A DNA stretch of 64,000 nucleotides. Source: Octopus vulgaris (lineage: Eukaryota). The notes below the pieces were generated by a model. That model was not told the origin of the DNA, searched no databases, and saw only the letters and a program-made list of their open reading frames with translations. Positions 39,401-50,830 of the stretch are shown here, piece by piece. The translations under genes and the position numbers were made by a program. The stretch is from assembly GCA_951406725.2 (NCBI GenBank), contig OX597814.1:151218001-151282000 (forward strand), read 5' to 3'. How positions within the stretch are numbered: position 1 is the first letter of the stretch; each line of letters begins with the position of its first letter.

Positions 39401-42400
39401 TTCACCAAACCTTAGTCACAATTTATATTCCTAACATCAGCATAATAATAACTAAGTTTATTTTACTAAATGCTTTGTTATATTTAAAATTGATTGAAAG
39501 AAGCAGAGAATCTCGAAATCAATACACTAAGAAAACATTTAACAAGTTAACATTTTAAATATTGAAATTCTTTCAAGATTAAAAAAAAAACCAAAACTAA
39601 AGATCCAATCAAGCTTATCATACGACTGCTAATTTGTGAGTTTGTTACAAAACTTTCTTCATAACCATGTAAAAGAAAAACCTTTCGTTGTGCCTGTTTC
39701 TCAAAATATAACCCACAATCGGAATTTGGATCAATTTCCATCTAAGTATTAAGCCAATGTCTCAGTGGTAGTGACGAATAACAAATTCATCAAGGTATAT
39801 ATGTTCATTGCCTTCATCATAGACTCTGGCTTAACAACTTACAAATGACAAACACAGGAAGGGATGATTAACCCTTTCGTTACTGTATTTATTTTGAGAT
39901 GCTGTTTCTTTCAATTAACTTTAAATATAACTAAGAATTTAGTAAAATAACTTAGTTATCATTAAGCTAGTGTTAGGAACATAAATTGTGACAAACATTT
40001 GGTGGAAGATTTTTAATTCAAAAGTTATGAAAACAAGACATTTGTAATACAGAGCCAGAGGCGGTTTCAGCCGGTTTGGTATCGAAAGGGTTAAATAGAA
40101 AATTTTCTTAAAAAAAAACAAAATGGAACAAGAACAAGAGATGTGGGATATAGAGTCACAGAATGTGACAACAGAACTTTGAGAAAGAAACTATAATAAT
40201 AATAAAGCTGAAGACCAAATATACAGTGCATGTGTTTAATTGGCAAAATGTGACCACCTCCAAATATATCAAAAAATATAAACAAATGTAGAAATCTATC
40301 ACATTTACTCAACACCTATTTACTCTTACAAGTCACATAAAACAATCTGCATAAACCCTTTAGCATTTAAACTGGCCATATCTGGACCCAAATATTGTTT
40401 TTCTCTAACATTTCTGGTCTTATATTCCTATTGAAACACTGCTTTTGTTACAATTAATCCCGACTTGGAAAAGTGTCATTAAGCTGGTGTTTGGAACGTA
40501 AACATGCTGGAAGGTTTTAATTTAGACCACTCTAAATCAAGAAGTTTGTACCATATAATCAGAGTCAGCCACAGGCAAGTTGGTATCATAAAGGTTTGAA
40601 CTGGTCAAATCCTTCCCCTGACACATACCCTACAATGTCATTGTAAACATAAATAATCACGTTATTGAAATCTTGAAGTTACAAGATGACACATGATTAA
40701 TTCAAAACAATGTGAATTAAATAAGTATTACATTTGACTGATCTGAATGCTAAAGGGTTAAAGAATATAAACTAAATCGAAATTACACAAAATATTGGAA
40801 ATGAATGACACGGTATGACAGTTGACACTCATTAACAGCTCTCATGCAATGCCAAGACAAGGAGATACAAACACAACAAGCTTCTTTCAATTTCTGTTAG
40901 CTAAATCCACTCACAAGGTTTTGGTTAGCCTGGGGTTACAGTAGAAAACACTTGCCAAAAATGTCTCAGTGAAATGAATCCAAAATTATGTGGTTGGGAA
41001 GCAAACTTCTTAATTATACAGCCAAGCCTGCATTTCCTAACCACATGTGGTTCATTGTAGGATTTCCATATCAAAGACATTGAATCACCTACCACCAAGG
41101 ATTTTAACCTTTTTATGGATATTTCTAATTTGTAGGCTGTTTAAGTTTCAATTTATTTTCACAAGACTGAGTTAATAAAATACCTAAAACATTATATAAT
41201 TAGGATTTTGTTAGTGATGTGGGTCCTACAAAACCTTTGAACTTAGAAGCCAAGCTTGATGAGTATGTCTGTCAAATTTTTGTCAGAATGGAAAATGTAA
41301 CAAGTTAGTTATGTACACCAACAGGATAACACTGCTACGTTATGGAAGGAGATTTAACCACTACAAATTGATAATTACACCCACTTTTTGTACCAAAAAA
41401 ACCAGCAACATGGTGTATTCTAAGTATAATGCTACTCGTAATATTGATCTTGATATTCTACAATCAAGTTTTCATCTTTATAAATATTTAGTAACATTAA
41501 CCCTTTAGTATTTAAACAGGACAGGGCCAAAATATTTCACCTGTTTTACACCTGACCTACAATATCATTCTAAAAACAATCATGTCATTGAAATCTCAAA
41601 GCATGATTAATTAAAAAAACAATGTGAATGAATAAGCATTAAAGTTGACAGAGAAATCTGAATGCTAAAGAGTTAATATCCTAATGTCTCAACAAATCAA
41701 ACAGTTGCTGTCTTTAAAAATAAGAAAATGAGCTGGGTTCATCAATGAACAAGTTCATTGTCTTTTTCACTGACTCCAACTCCTTTGAATCTTATTAACC
41801 CTTTTGTTACCAAACTGCCCAAAGCCACCCGAAAAAAATTTTGGTTAATGTGACCAAACCGCCCGTATTTACCTATTCATATTTAAATGAGAATATCAGA
41901 GCAAATCTCTTTAGTACATTCGTGAAAACACGTATTATACTTCGTAAACAGTTCAACTACAGTTTTGTACAACAATCGAAGTGTAATTTTAATTCCGTGA
42001 ATTTTGGGAGATTTTTTTCTGAAATTTGTTCCTATTGTGTTTTCAAAATTTGTAATTCTGACAAAAAATGGATACGAATTTCATTATATCAAGCAGCGAG
42101 TCAGAATTCGAAGGATTTTCTACTGAAGACCTTCATAAATCTAACTCTATGACTGAAAAAAAAAAGCACGTGGTATTTGATAATGAATCTGATATTTCAT
42201 TTTCCGAAAGTGAAAACAGTGAATCCGAGAGCTCCGACAGCGATAAAGAAAATGAATTGGCACCTGAATGGAGTGAAAATTTAAAAACTGTTTCTTTCGG
42301 TGATTTTTCTGAAGAAACTGGACCAAGCCACACAGACTTTCCCAGGAGAGTAAAGCCTTAGACTATCTCTCTTTAATTTTTCGAATGAGCCTATTTGAAA

Positions 42401-45400
42401 TCATTACGGCAGAAACGAACCGTTACGCTAAATGTAAACAAAGCGAAAGAAAGGATAGTTAGTGGTTTCCCCCAAAAGACTATTTTGCTATAAATATTAT
42501 TATGGGTATCAGAAAGTTACCCAGAATAACAAATTCTATTGTATACCCAATTGAATACCCATTTTCTATAGCAATGTTCGAACAAAATTTTAATAATTTT
42601 ATATTTTGTTGAATTTATCTGTATCTACCTGCAATTAGAGTCACTTTGTGACAAAAATTATAGTATAGAATATGTTGAGAACATTTCATTAAATTATCTT
42701 CCAAAAATCACTTTAATATATTGATAAATAAAAAAGTTAAAGTTGTTTAATGAAACCAGACTAAATTTATGATTATGTTAGAAATTAATTGAAACACATA
42801 AGGGATGTATTTTGGTCAGAAATATAGTAACGAGAGGGTTAATGATCCACTAAGTTAATTAAATCTGAAATAGTCTATGTGCACTTCTATTTATAAACTA
42901 CACCACTGGATTTAAATATTACAAATTTGTACAGAAATAAATTACCTGTGAGCTAAACCTATATTCATAGCTGTTACCTCTTTACTCGTGACACCAGTCA
43001 GTAAATTATCAGCTTGCATCCGAATGCATCTAAACAATTCAACAACACTGGAATTGCAGACACAAGGGATATCAAACTTTTCCTATGGGCAAAGAAAAAA
43101 AAAACAATGAAATAAATGCATAGAAACAAGATGTGATGTTGACATTGTCAAAAAAAAAAAACATTCATTATGATAGTTTTAATTAACCTCCTTAGGAAAA
43201 AAATTATTTAACAATATGATGAATCAGAGGAAAAAATTTACTCGAGTTTCAGGAAAATTATCCAAGATACTTAAAGATTGAATTTCTGAATAATCATGGG
43301 CCTCTTTTGATAGTCATTAGTCAATAATGTGGAAATCACTACTCTTCCCCCAACAAGGTTTTTGGTAAATCAGAAAATGCATTAGTTAACAACAGAACAG
43401 ACATTACCAAATTACATCAGAGATAGAGAATTATGAACTAAAACAACGCTAAAAGCTTTAATTTCTAAGTGTCAGAATTACCTTGATGAGATTACCAATT
43501 TTGGCATCAGCAACAATCAATTCTTCTGTGGCATCTTTCACAAGTGTTTTCTTGAGGAATTTCTTTAAGTCACTGCCTAACTTGCTTTCTACAGAAGCAG
43601 TAATTGCTGAAAGAGAAATATCACAATCAACAGCTGCAGAAACCCTTCTACAGTATATAGCAATTAAAATTGAAATTGTTTTTATGTTAAGACATTTATT
43701 TTCTAATTGAAATTGCCAGGAAATGAAGTTTTAAAAAATAATTCTGAATGACAAGAGACATTATAAATTGAAATTTTGCGTTTAGTTAATTCACAATTAT
43801 GTACCAAATTCAATTCACAAGGGAATTTAATTTGTTTAAAAGAGAAACACTTACAGGCTCGATAAGTGGTAGTAATGATTGTGATTAGTTTTAGCAAGAA
43901 TCAGTCAGAGAATACAAACACGACGCTGTCTTAAAATTTAGTTCCCACTTCTCTCATTATCATTGAGATTGATTGAATGAATATGTAATTGTAAGACACG
44001 TTGGCAATAGCCACCAAATCTAACTCGAATCACATTCTATCGTCTTGAAAAAAAATGTAGTAGCAGTGGCCTCTCAGGAGGAAATGATATTGCAAATAAA
44101 CTTACCAGCAAGACCTTTAGTAGTATCTTCAAATTTCTGGAAATATTTTAACTTTAATCTACAAAAAAAAAGAGAAAAAAATTCCAATAAGCCAAATACG
44201 ACTTGATTACAAACAACAAATTATACACTGGGATACAGGATCAAGCATTACAAATTTTAGATCAATAGTAAAGACCAAATTTTAGATCAATAGTAAAGAC
44301 CAAATTGAATTTCATATCAAATCGAGCAATAGAGAAAACATTTCAATTTCAGTAGGATGAAATGCTGTACTTACATTTTGTTTGCAGAATCAGAAGTCTT
44401 AAAGTCGTGAAATAAGTTTTCGGATTTCGATAATTTGCTCTCATCTAATAGCTGAAAAGAGAAAAAACAATATTGCACTCAAATATTAAATTGACTGAAA
44501 ATGTAGTTATTGCCTTTTGCTAATGTCAACTGCCTCAGAAGGCTCGTTTAAAATCCTTTTTTTTTTTTTTTTTTATCATGAGGACATTTAAAAATTGATT
44601 ATTGATTTAGCACACAGATCTCAGATGATTCTAAAAAAAAAAATTCTACCCAAAGGCTCCCCTCCCCTACCAACTCCAAGCAAAGTATATTTAGTGGCTA
44701 TATCAAAATCATTTCTCCTACCCTAATCCTTTCATAATTTCCTGTGCCTCTGGGGTGATTTTACTGTCTATGTCCACTGTACTACTTACCATTTTAATAC
44801 GAAGAGTTATCTACCAAGTTCTAAGTATCGTATGTAATACACACACATTATTGTTAAAGAATGAAAATTTCTCTACGTCTATTGTTTGCTTCAAAATATT
44901 CCTGCTTAGTTGGGTTCCCAATAACTTTCATCGATCGACTTTCTGAGCATTCAATCGCCGTTGTCACTGAACCGCCGACATACTGGGGCACCGCCTCGCA
45001 CCCAGCAGTTTTGGTAAAACTAGATTACCTCTCCTTCATATCGTTAAGAAGATGCATCGGGACCTGTTTCTAAGCAGTGCCCGTATTTCTTCAAGTCTGG
45101 TAGTCGGTTCTTTTGACGGTAAAATTTTCGAGTATTTTGCCCTTTTGACGAACCGCTAGTTACAAAGACGTGAACAAACCAACCCCGGTTGTCAAGCGGT
45201 GAGGACAGGCAGACTCACATATATTACACGAAGGACTTCCACACGTTCCGTCAATCAAATTCATTCATGAGGCATCGACTAGTCTGGGACTCTGGAGACA
45301 CCTAAGACGTCGGGCAGTGGGATTGAACACGGAACACACTTGCCAAGGGAATTTAACTACACATACAGAATTTCACGTAACTCAGTCGCAATTTTAACAA

Positions 45401-46478
45401 TTGAAAAAATATATTTCAGATACCTAACTTTTGATAGTACACTCGATCAAATTGGGAAATGCAAGTAAAACCACAATAAAAGAGAAATTTTTTTTTTTTT
45501 ACCCTCAACACTGTATTTAAATCCCGAAAAATAGAGATCAACTTGTAACTTTCCCCTTTTTGCGATCGAAAGTATTAATCTTGTGTGATGTATTGGCGAA
45601 GCAGTTCATGAGTCGGGCTAGCTGTATTGCAGCATCTGGTCTGGGTCATTGCGTCGTCCGCAACGACAGTGACAAGCTGCACCGGCACACATCAGTAGTG
45701 TAGAGATTTGCATGTATATGCAACTAAGTCTTGCCCAGGCCTGGAAATACCTGTGCAAATGGATGATGGTCAACCTTGATCCATGGAAGACGAGACGATT
45801 ATGCCTGGAACGCATTCGATATTTTGGAACTTAATCTAAGTTTACTAAGTTTAAACAACCCATGACCGGAGTAATTGATGTATGTCTTCCTGTATCAATA
45901 ATTAGTCGTGCCCGTGATTTATTTGTTTAAAAATTAAGGTGCCGGCTTTATTTAAGTCTCCGATTAACGTGTAGAGCGGGTAGAAATAAAACACGTGATG
46001 ACATTAAAATGATGGAATTATTTTAATCACAAAATATCAGGAAAAAACTATAACTTTTCAGACATTTTCAACAATTTGAAAAAGCACGAGGAAGATTTGA
46101 ATCGTCCAATTAAATAAAAAAAACTTTTTTCAAAGATAAAATCAGAAAAATTAGTTTGCGAAAATTTAAAATGAAAAATACTAAGATTATTAAATTATAA
46201 AATTAATTGTAAATTACATATAAAAACATTTTCTAGTCGATTTATTTAACAGATAATTACTTTCAAAGGACCTTATTTCGTCACCACGTGGACAAGGCAT
46301 GGAAGGATCACGTTATGTAGGGCAATGTTAAATAATGACCAGATAATGCGGCTTTTAGTTCATAGAAATGCACAAAAAATGTTAAGCAACATGTATTGCA
46401 CAATATTTATTTCATTTAATTGTTATATCTTACCTTAAATATGGCATAGCCAGTGGCCGTATCGAATAAAACCAACAT
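30465..46478 (-). CDS. NOP58: Nucleolar protein 58 (box C/D snoRNP core protein), 15 exons, 499 aa
   Basis: Exons (minus): 46478-46434, 44451-44375, 44158-44106, 43606-43482, 43082-42946, 39144-39080, 38499-38365, 38270-38125, 37066-36940, 35818-35655, 34109-33975, 33874-33816, 33297-33179, 30825-30790, 30541-30465; total 1500 nt in frame. Motifs: [79 protein letters not shown], Lys-rich tail. Confidence 0.96.
30647..30727 (-). ncRNA. Box C/D snoRNA, target unidentified, last intron of NOP58
   Basis: Minus strand GGTCGTCAG-ATGATGA(C)-ATTTATCCA-TTGA(D')-...-ATGATGA(C')-CACTTATCCATCACCCTATT-CTGA(D)-TGGCGAACC. Terminal stem of about 8 bp, sense to the host, inside a 248-nt intron. Confidence 0.75.
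31495..31550 (-). ncRNA. Weak candidate box C/D snoRNA, NOP58 intron 13
   Basis: Perfect ATGATGA and CTGA spanning 56 nt, sense to the host. Poor terminal stem and no convincing target. Confidence 0.25.
37578..37800 (-). mobile_element. Second tRNA-derived SINE family (also about 51000-51195, 20690-20780, 61820-61945)
   Basis: Minus strand GAGCTGGCAGAAATGTTAGCACACCGGGCG...GAGTTCAAATTC...GCCTTTCATCCTTTCGGGGTCGATAAA. Confidence 0.75.
39753..39830 (-). ncRNA. SNORD70: Box C/D snoRNA, SNORD70 homologue (guide for 18S rRNA Am512-equivalent), NOP58 intron 5
   Basis: Minus strand GCCAGAGTCT-ATGATGA(C)...TTGATGA(C')...TTATTCGTCACTACCA-CTGA(D)-GACATTGGC with terminal stem. The guide pairs with conserved 18S GGTAGTGACGAA; the D+5 rule gives the A of GGUAG. 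The 3' end matches the recalled vertebrate SNORD70, which is also NOP58-hosted. Confidence 0.88.
39872..40090. mobile_element. piggyBac-type MITE with TTAA TSD; inverted sister copy at 39318-~39530
   Basis: TTAA|CCCTTTCG...CGAAAGGG|TTAA. Many related TTAA-CCCTTT MITEs lie in NOP58 and NmrA-like introns. Confidence 0.8.
41799..42838 (+). mobile_element. Internally deleted piggyBac transposon (transposase N-terminal remnant)
   Basis: TTAA at 41795-41798 and 42839-42842; TIRs CCCTTTTGTTAC / GTAACGAGAGGG. Acidic N-terminus SESEFEGFS, then GP...PLDY...[13 protein letters not shown]...[13 protein letters not shown]. Confidence 0.85.
43898..43975 (-). ncRNA. Candidate box C/D snoRNA, NOP58 intron 3
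   Basis: ATGATAA (C, one mismatch) ... GTTTGTATTCT-CTGA (D). The 10-nt guide pairs with recalled LSU rRNA GAATACARAC. Weak terminal stem. Confidence 0.35.
45620..45762 (-). ncRNA. Candidate box H/ACA snoRNA, NOP58 intron 1
   Basis: Hairpin 1 closed by ATTTGCA/TGCAAAT, then ACACTA (ANANNA box H), hairpin 2 closed by TGCAGC/GCTGCA with upper stem GTCGTTGCG/CGCAATGAC, then ACA + 3 nt. About 140 nt, GC-rich versus the flanks. Confidence 0.4.
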
Positions 46479-46528
46479 GCTTGACGGGAGAGACGGCCTC
46501 ACGACGAAGCAGTCAACACCCTCGTGGT

Positions 46529-46545
46529 AAGAAAGAAAGCAAAGC
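46529..46545 (-). promoter_or_regulatory. Pyrimidine tract (TCT/5'TOP-like start) about 55 nt upstream of the NOP58 ATG
   Basis: Minus strand CTTTGCTTTCTTTCTT. snoRNA-host genes often start in such tracts; the TSS itself is not observable. Confidence 0.35.
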
Positions 46546-47395
46546 GTGCTTTACCGCTTTCTCCCACAATTCCTAACTTCCGTTAAACTGAACATCATTA
46601 CCATAAAGCAATGGAGTACTGTCGTCATTTCATGCAAGTGCTCGCTCCCTCTCTCTCTCCCTTTCTACCTCTCTCTTTCTCCCTCTCTATCTCTCCCTCT
46701 CTCTCTTTACGTAGCACTTAATAAATATTAATAAATACCGTGTTTAGGCCAGTTTCAAATTATTAGAATGTTGTATATCAAATTTGTATATATTATATAT
46801 ATAAATATGATGGGTAAATTAATGCTGAAATTTGGCGGTTATAACGAGTTGGTTTACGGCCGAATTCAACCGCTGTAGCATATTTGCACTTGCGTGCAAT
46901 AATCGAAAGATTTCATTATTTAGGAGAAATAAATGATAAGATACTTATTTTATTAACATAAAATGGAGAAAACGTTAATTCTATCAAAGGAAATTAAACC
47001 ACATGGACATGTCATGAGCGATAATATACCATAAATAATAGTTCCAGTAATTAAATATTTTAAGATGACTAACTGACTAAAAGTGATTCCTATTACATAA
47101 TGACAACATAATTCACATTATAGCATTTCAAGATAAGTAGCGGAGAGGCCGCATTTTATTCAACATGTTAAAAGAGTGGATAAAACCAGCTTTTCCAGTT
47201 GAATTTGTAAATAAAACTTCTCAGAATTCTTATTCAGAAAGTAAAGGGACGTAACTAAGTGCCATGTGTTCTGTTGTGTAAGCTGCTTTCTAACAAATCA
47301 AGAGAACGAATGATGGCAAAAAGTTGAACGTGAAATATTAATTGAGTGATAGAATAAAACCTTGCAGTATTTAGATACAACCTTTATATATATAT

Positions 47396-47570
47396 ATACT
47401 GCAGTAAGCACATAAATGCGAAACAAGGTGGGAAAATAGTACCCGAATACCAGAGGTAGAGTAATATGCTTTATTGTAAATCAGCAGAGTTTCACGTCCG
47501 ACGAACGGGAACGTGAAACTCTGAGTAACAGTTTTTGCGATATTTCTGCTGCTTATTAATAAAGTATATA
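47396..47570. mobile_element. Penelope-like terminal-repeat remnant with an inverted junction and a variant hammerhead core
   Basis: Flanked by (TA)n. CAGAGTTTCACGT/ACGTGAAACTCTG 13-bp inverted pair; CCGACGA-ACG(GGAA)CGT-GAAAC-TCTGA-GTA at 47498-47527. Confidence 0.5.
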
Positions 47571-48299
47571 TATATATAGTGAGCTCAAACTCACCCATAT
47601 CAACTTATCTATCCTCTGGGATTGATTAAATCGACTGCGCCTGGACATTATATCTGTGGTCTGAAAAATCATTTTGTTACCAACAGATCTATAGCAGGCG
47701 AATGCTCCCGGCATTACCATGGGCGATGGCGAGGCTAAGGCGTTGGAAAAAGCCAAGCATCATCACGGACATCACCTGTCACCTCGGTAAGGCGAATTGC
47801 CAACTTTGACAAGAACTTCGTCCTTAGTGGTCCAGCCCCTCCAAACGTCTCAAACGTCACAGGCTGGAAGAGGTAGTTCACTACCAGGTCCCGATACTTC
47901 AGGATTTTGTTCCGTTCAAGCTAAATATGAATTCAGTTCAGTGCTCAATCGTTCTTTCAAAAAGTCTTCATACCCTACATATCAAAGCATGTGCCCAAGT
48001 GCTCCGCTTTTAACAACCTCAGTTATAGGAGACACGAAGATAAAACCGAAATATTTTGACCAGTTCGAGTGTTAGTCTTTCTAAGCTTAAATATGGAACG
48101 AAATCGAAGACATAATTGAAATCTTTAGCCTAAAGAAACAACGGTATAAAGATATATATGTAGGTGAAATAATATCAGAGATGCAGGAGCTACCCTAAAG
48201 TTTGCCAGCTCTTCTAAATCCATTGCAATGCTGGAAACCCTTCCGTATTGTCAGCGAGTATCTCAAGGTCACAAGCGTTTCGCCCCTTAATCTGTACGC

Positions 48300-48990
48300 T
48301 TTGCCTGAGTGAGGCAGCAAGGATTGAGCTAGTCTTCACCTACGGAAGGTTCCATTTGAGGTCTTTTATCAACCATAGCCACCTTGAGCTAGTCTCAGCT
48401 GCAGTGCATAAGTCCTTGATGGGTTTTTTCAGTTGTGTGTGTTCCATACCTATCTTCTGCAGGAAATAGCACACTGACTTAGGTGGAAAGCCACGGCTGC
48501 CGACTTCAATTGGAGAATGAGGCTGCATACTAGCCCTTGACAAGGGTCATGTCGACTAAGTCCTGAGATTTCGATTTCTTAACCTGGTGGGAAATATCAA
48601 GTCCTTCCTACCAGGGCATAGTGAGTTCGACCACTATAATCGTTTTTGTATTCCCGGAGAACAGGAACATGTCTAGTCAGAGTTATGTTACCACTATCTC
48701 CTCAGGTCCATTTGCATCTCCCAATTTCAGACTGAACGCAAAATAGAAAACGGAGCCCCACCATTGCTCTTGCTTCGGGAGCTTTGTCCCCTTCCTTTAG
48801 GAATCTGATACCCTTTGATGGCGGTGGTTGGTGTTTATTAGCTTTCATCCTTAGCAGATCAGTCCATTTGGCAATTTCTGCAAGAACCTTGTCATGCACC
48901 CACTTATATCGGCCTTCTCCCAGTGCCCTGGGGCATCCGTTCAAAATGTGGTTCAGAGTGCAGAGTTGCTTCGTACTGCTTGCAGGACGG
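48300..48990 (-). mobile_element. RLE-type non-LTR retrotransposon 3' remnant (Hero-like)
   Basis: TLNHILNGCPRALGEGRYKWVHDKVL, DMFLFS...IVVELTMPW, PIEVGSRGF, AAETSSRWLW. Confidence 0.8.
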
Positions 48991-49699
48991 GTGTTCTTTT
49001 TTTTTTTTTTTTACCCCATATTTTATAAAGATATATAAATTTAATGCATCAGAATAAAAGTAAAAGCATTTATAAAACCTGCAGTTTCTATGGGACCCGT
49101 AGCTGACTGTAATACAAAGGCAGTATGCCGGCAGAAACGGTTAAAGCCTCTCTCTCTCTGGGTGCAAATTCCACATGAGACAATTGTTATGAATCTCTTG
49201 GTTCATAAATAAATACCAGAATCGAATAAATCTTGTACGATACCTGTACTTGTAGCATAGATGTGAGATCGTATTGAAACAAATCAGGCGTTAGTATAAA
49301 CACAAACTTTGGGCTGTTCTTTTACGTAATATGATTTCAACCTCACTTATCTTTTGTTTCTGTGTGTGTATCATTAGATATGTAAAGAAATAATGACCCA
49401 GGTAAGAACAAAATTATAAAGAGACTGTATTATCTTTAGTAGGAATGCAACAATTAACTGGCATACTCAGAATATAGGCTACTGATCCTCTCCCTTCAAA
49501 TGTTTCAAGTCAATATTTAATTCTCTGTACATTCTATGTTCAAATTCAGATGCCTTTCATCCTCTAGAGTTCGATGTGATCACTTTCAGATGAAGCTTTT
49601 CTTTTTTCTTTTTTTTTTATAACAATAAATAGCTGACCTACCCTATTGTTATCACCAAAAATATTCCCCTGAGCTCCAGCAGTTCTTTTTTTTTTTATG

Positions 49700-50830
49700 T
49701 ATATACGTAGGAATTACTTGTCAATTCCTAAGCTATTGTATTTTCTGAGAGTTAGTCCCTCTTATAGAGTCTTGTCGTCCCTCCATTATTTTGACGACCT
49801 AATCTTCAGGAAACTCGAATGCTTGGTCAATGTCAAATTGTCCCCAGAGTCCTGCGACCAAACTGCTTTGCCCAAACGGTTTGGAGGTCTAGGTCTGCAC
49901 AAGCTGCTAGTCTCTCTCTCTCTCTCTTCCCTGTTTTCTTTCCTCCATGCACACTTGCTCCTTTGGTAGGCAACATCCTCTCCAAGAAGGAGATGGATGA
50001 AGCTCTATCACAACGGAGAGAGCTGGGTTTGTCAGTTCCTATCACAGTTGAAGATAGTCAGAAACAGAGAGTATGGGATAATCTGCATTCAGGTGCCACT
50101 TTCAGCTCTCTCTTTGATCAATCTGATCAATTTTCAAGGTGTCGCCTACTTTCAGCCAGTGCAAAATTTTCGGGGGACTGGATTGATGCTCTGCTTCTAG
50201 CAAACATTTGAGGTCTACTCAGTCTAAATTAACTCCGCATCTCCATCGCACTCAGAGTGGGAGCTGACGTTTGTAGGGGACTGAGATGCCGCTGTAGTAG
50301 ACTCCTCAACCCCACAGGTCTTCATGGTCTGTCTTGCTGACTAAATGTTGGTCGCTTCGCTCGTCACATCGAGCTTAACATAATCATTAAGCGGGTCCTG
50401 GCTCGGATTAATATCCCCTCAGTTCTGAAGCCGTCGGGGCTATCCACAAGTGATGGAAAGAGACCAGATGGTCTTACCCTCTGTTCTTGAGTAGATGCCT
50501 CATTTGGGACGCCACAGTCTGCGACTCTTTTGCTCCCTCCCACATCCTCGATGCTGCAGTAAATGGGAGGGTCACTTCTTCCGTAGCCGAACGGGAAAAA
50601 ACCTGAAGTATGGGTTTCCTGATAGTGAACTATCTCTTCCAGCCTGTGGTATTTGAGATGTTCAGAGGGATTGGGCCACTAACCGCGAAGTTCTTGTCAA
50701 CGTTGGCAGTTCACCTCACCGAGGTGTTAGGTGATGCCCGTGAGGGCGCTTGGTTTTCTCAACGCCTTAGCCTCGCCGTCGCTTGTGGTAATGCTGCAAG
50801 CGTGCTGCCTTTCTTCAGTAGGTTCCGTTA
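49700..50830 (+). mobile_element. CRE-like RLE non-LTR retrotransposon remnant
   Basis: QTALPKRFGGLGL, SGDWIDAL, LRISIALRVG, RHIELNIIIKRVL, DGKRPDGLT, WDATVCDS, FSQRLSLAVACGNA; frameshifted. Confidence 0.8.

Noticed and set aside
44251-44306. 25-bp direct repeat x2 in NOP58 intron 2
   Set aside because: Simple tandem slippage with no spacers; not CRISPR-like, and the context is eukaryotic.
44530-44590. C/D-like ATGATAA...CTGA in NOP58 intron 1
   Set aside because: Imperfect C box, interior mostly poly-A, too short, no convincing guide.
45590-46430. Telomerase RNA hypothesis for the H/ACA-like island
   Set aside because: No CTAACCCT-type template found upstream on the same strand.
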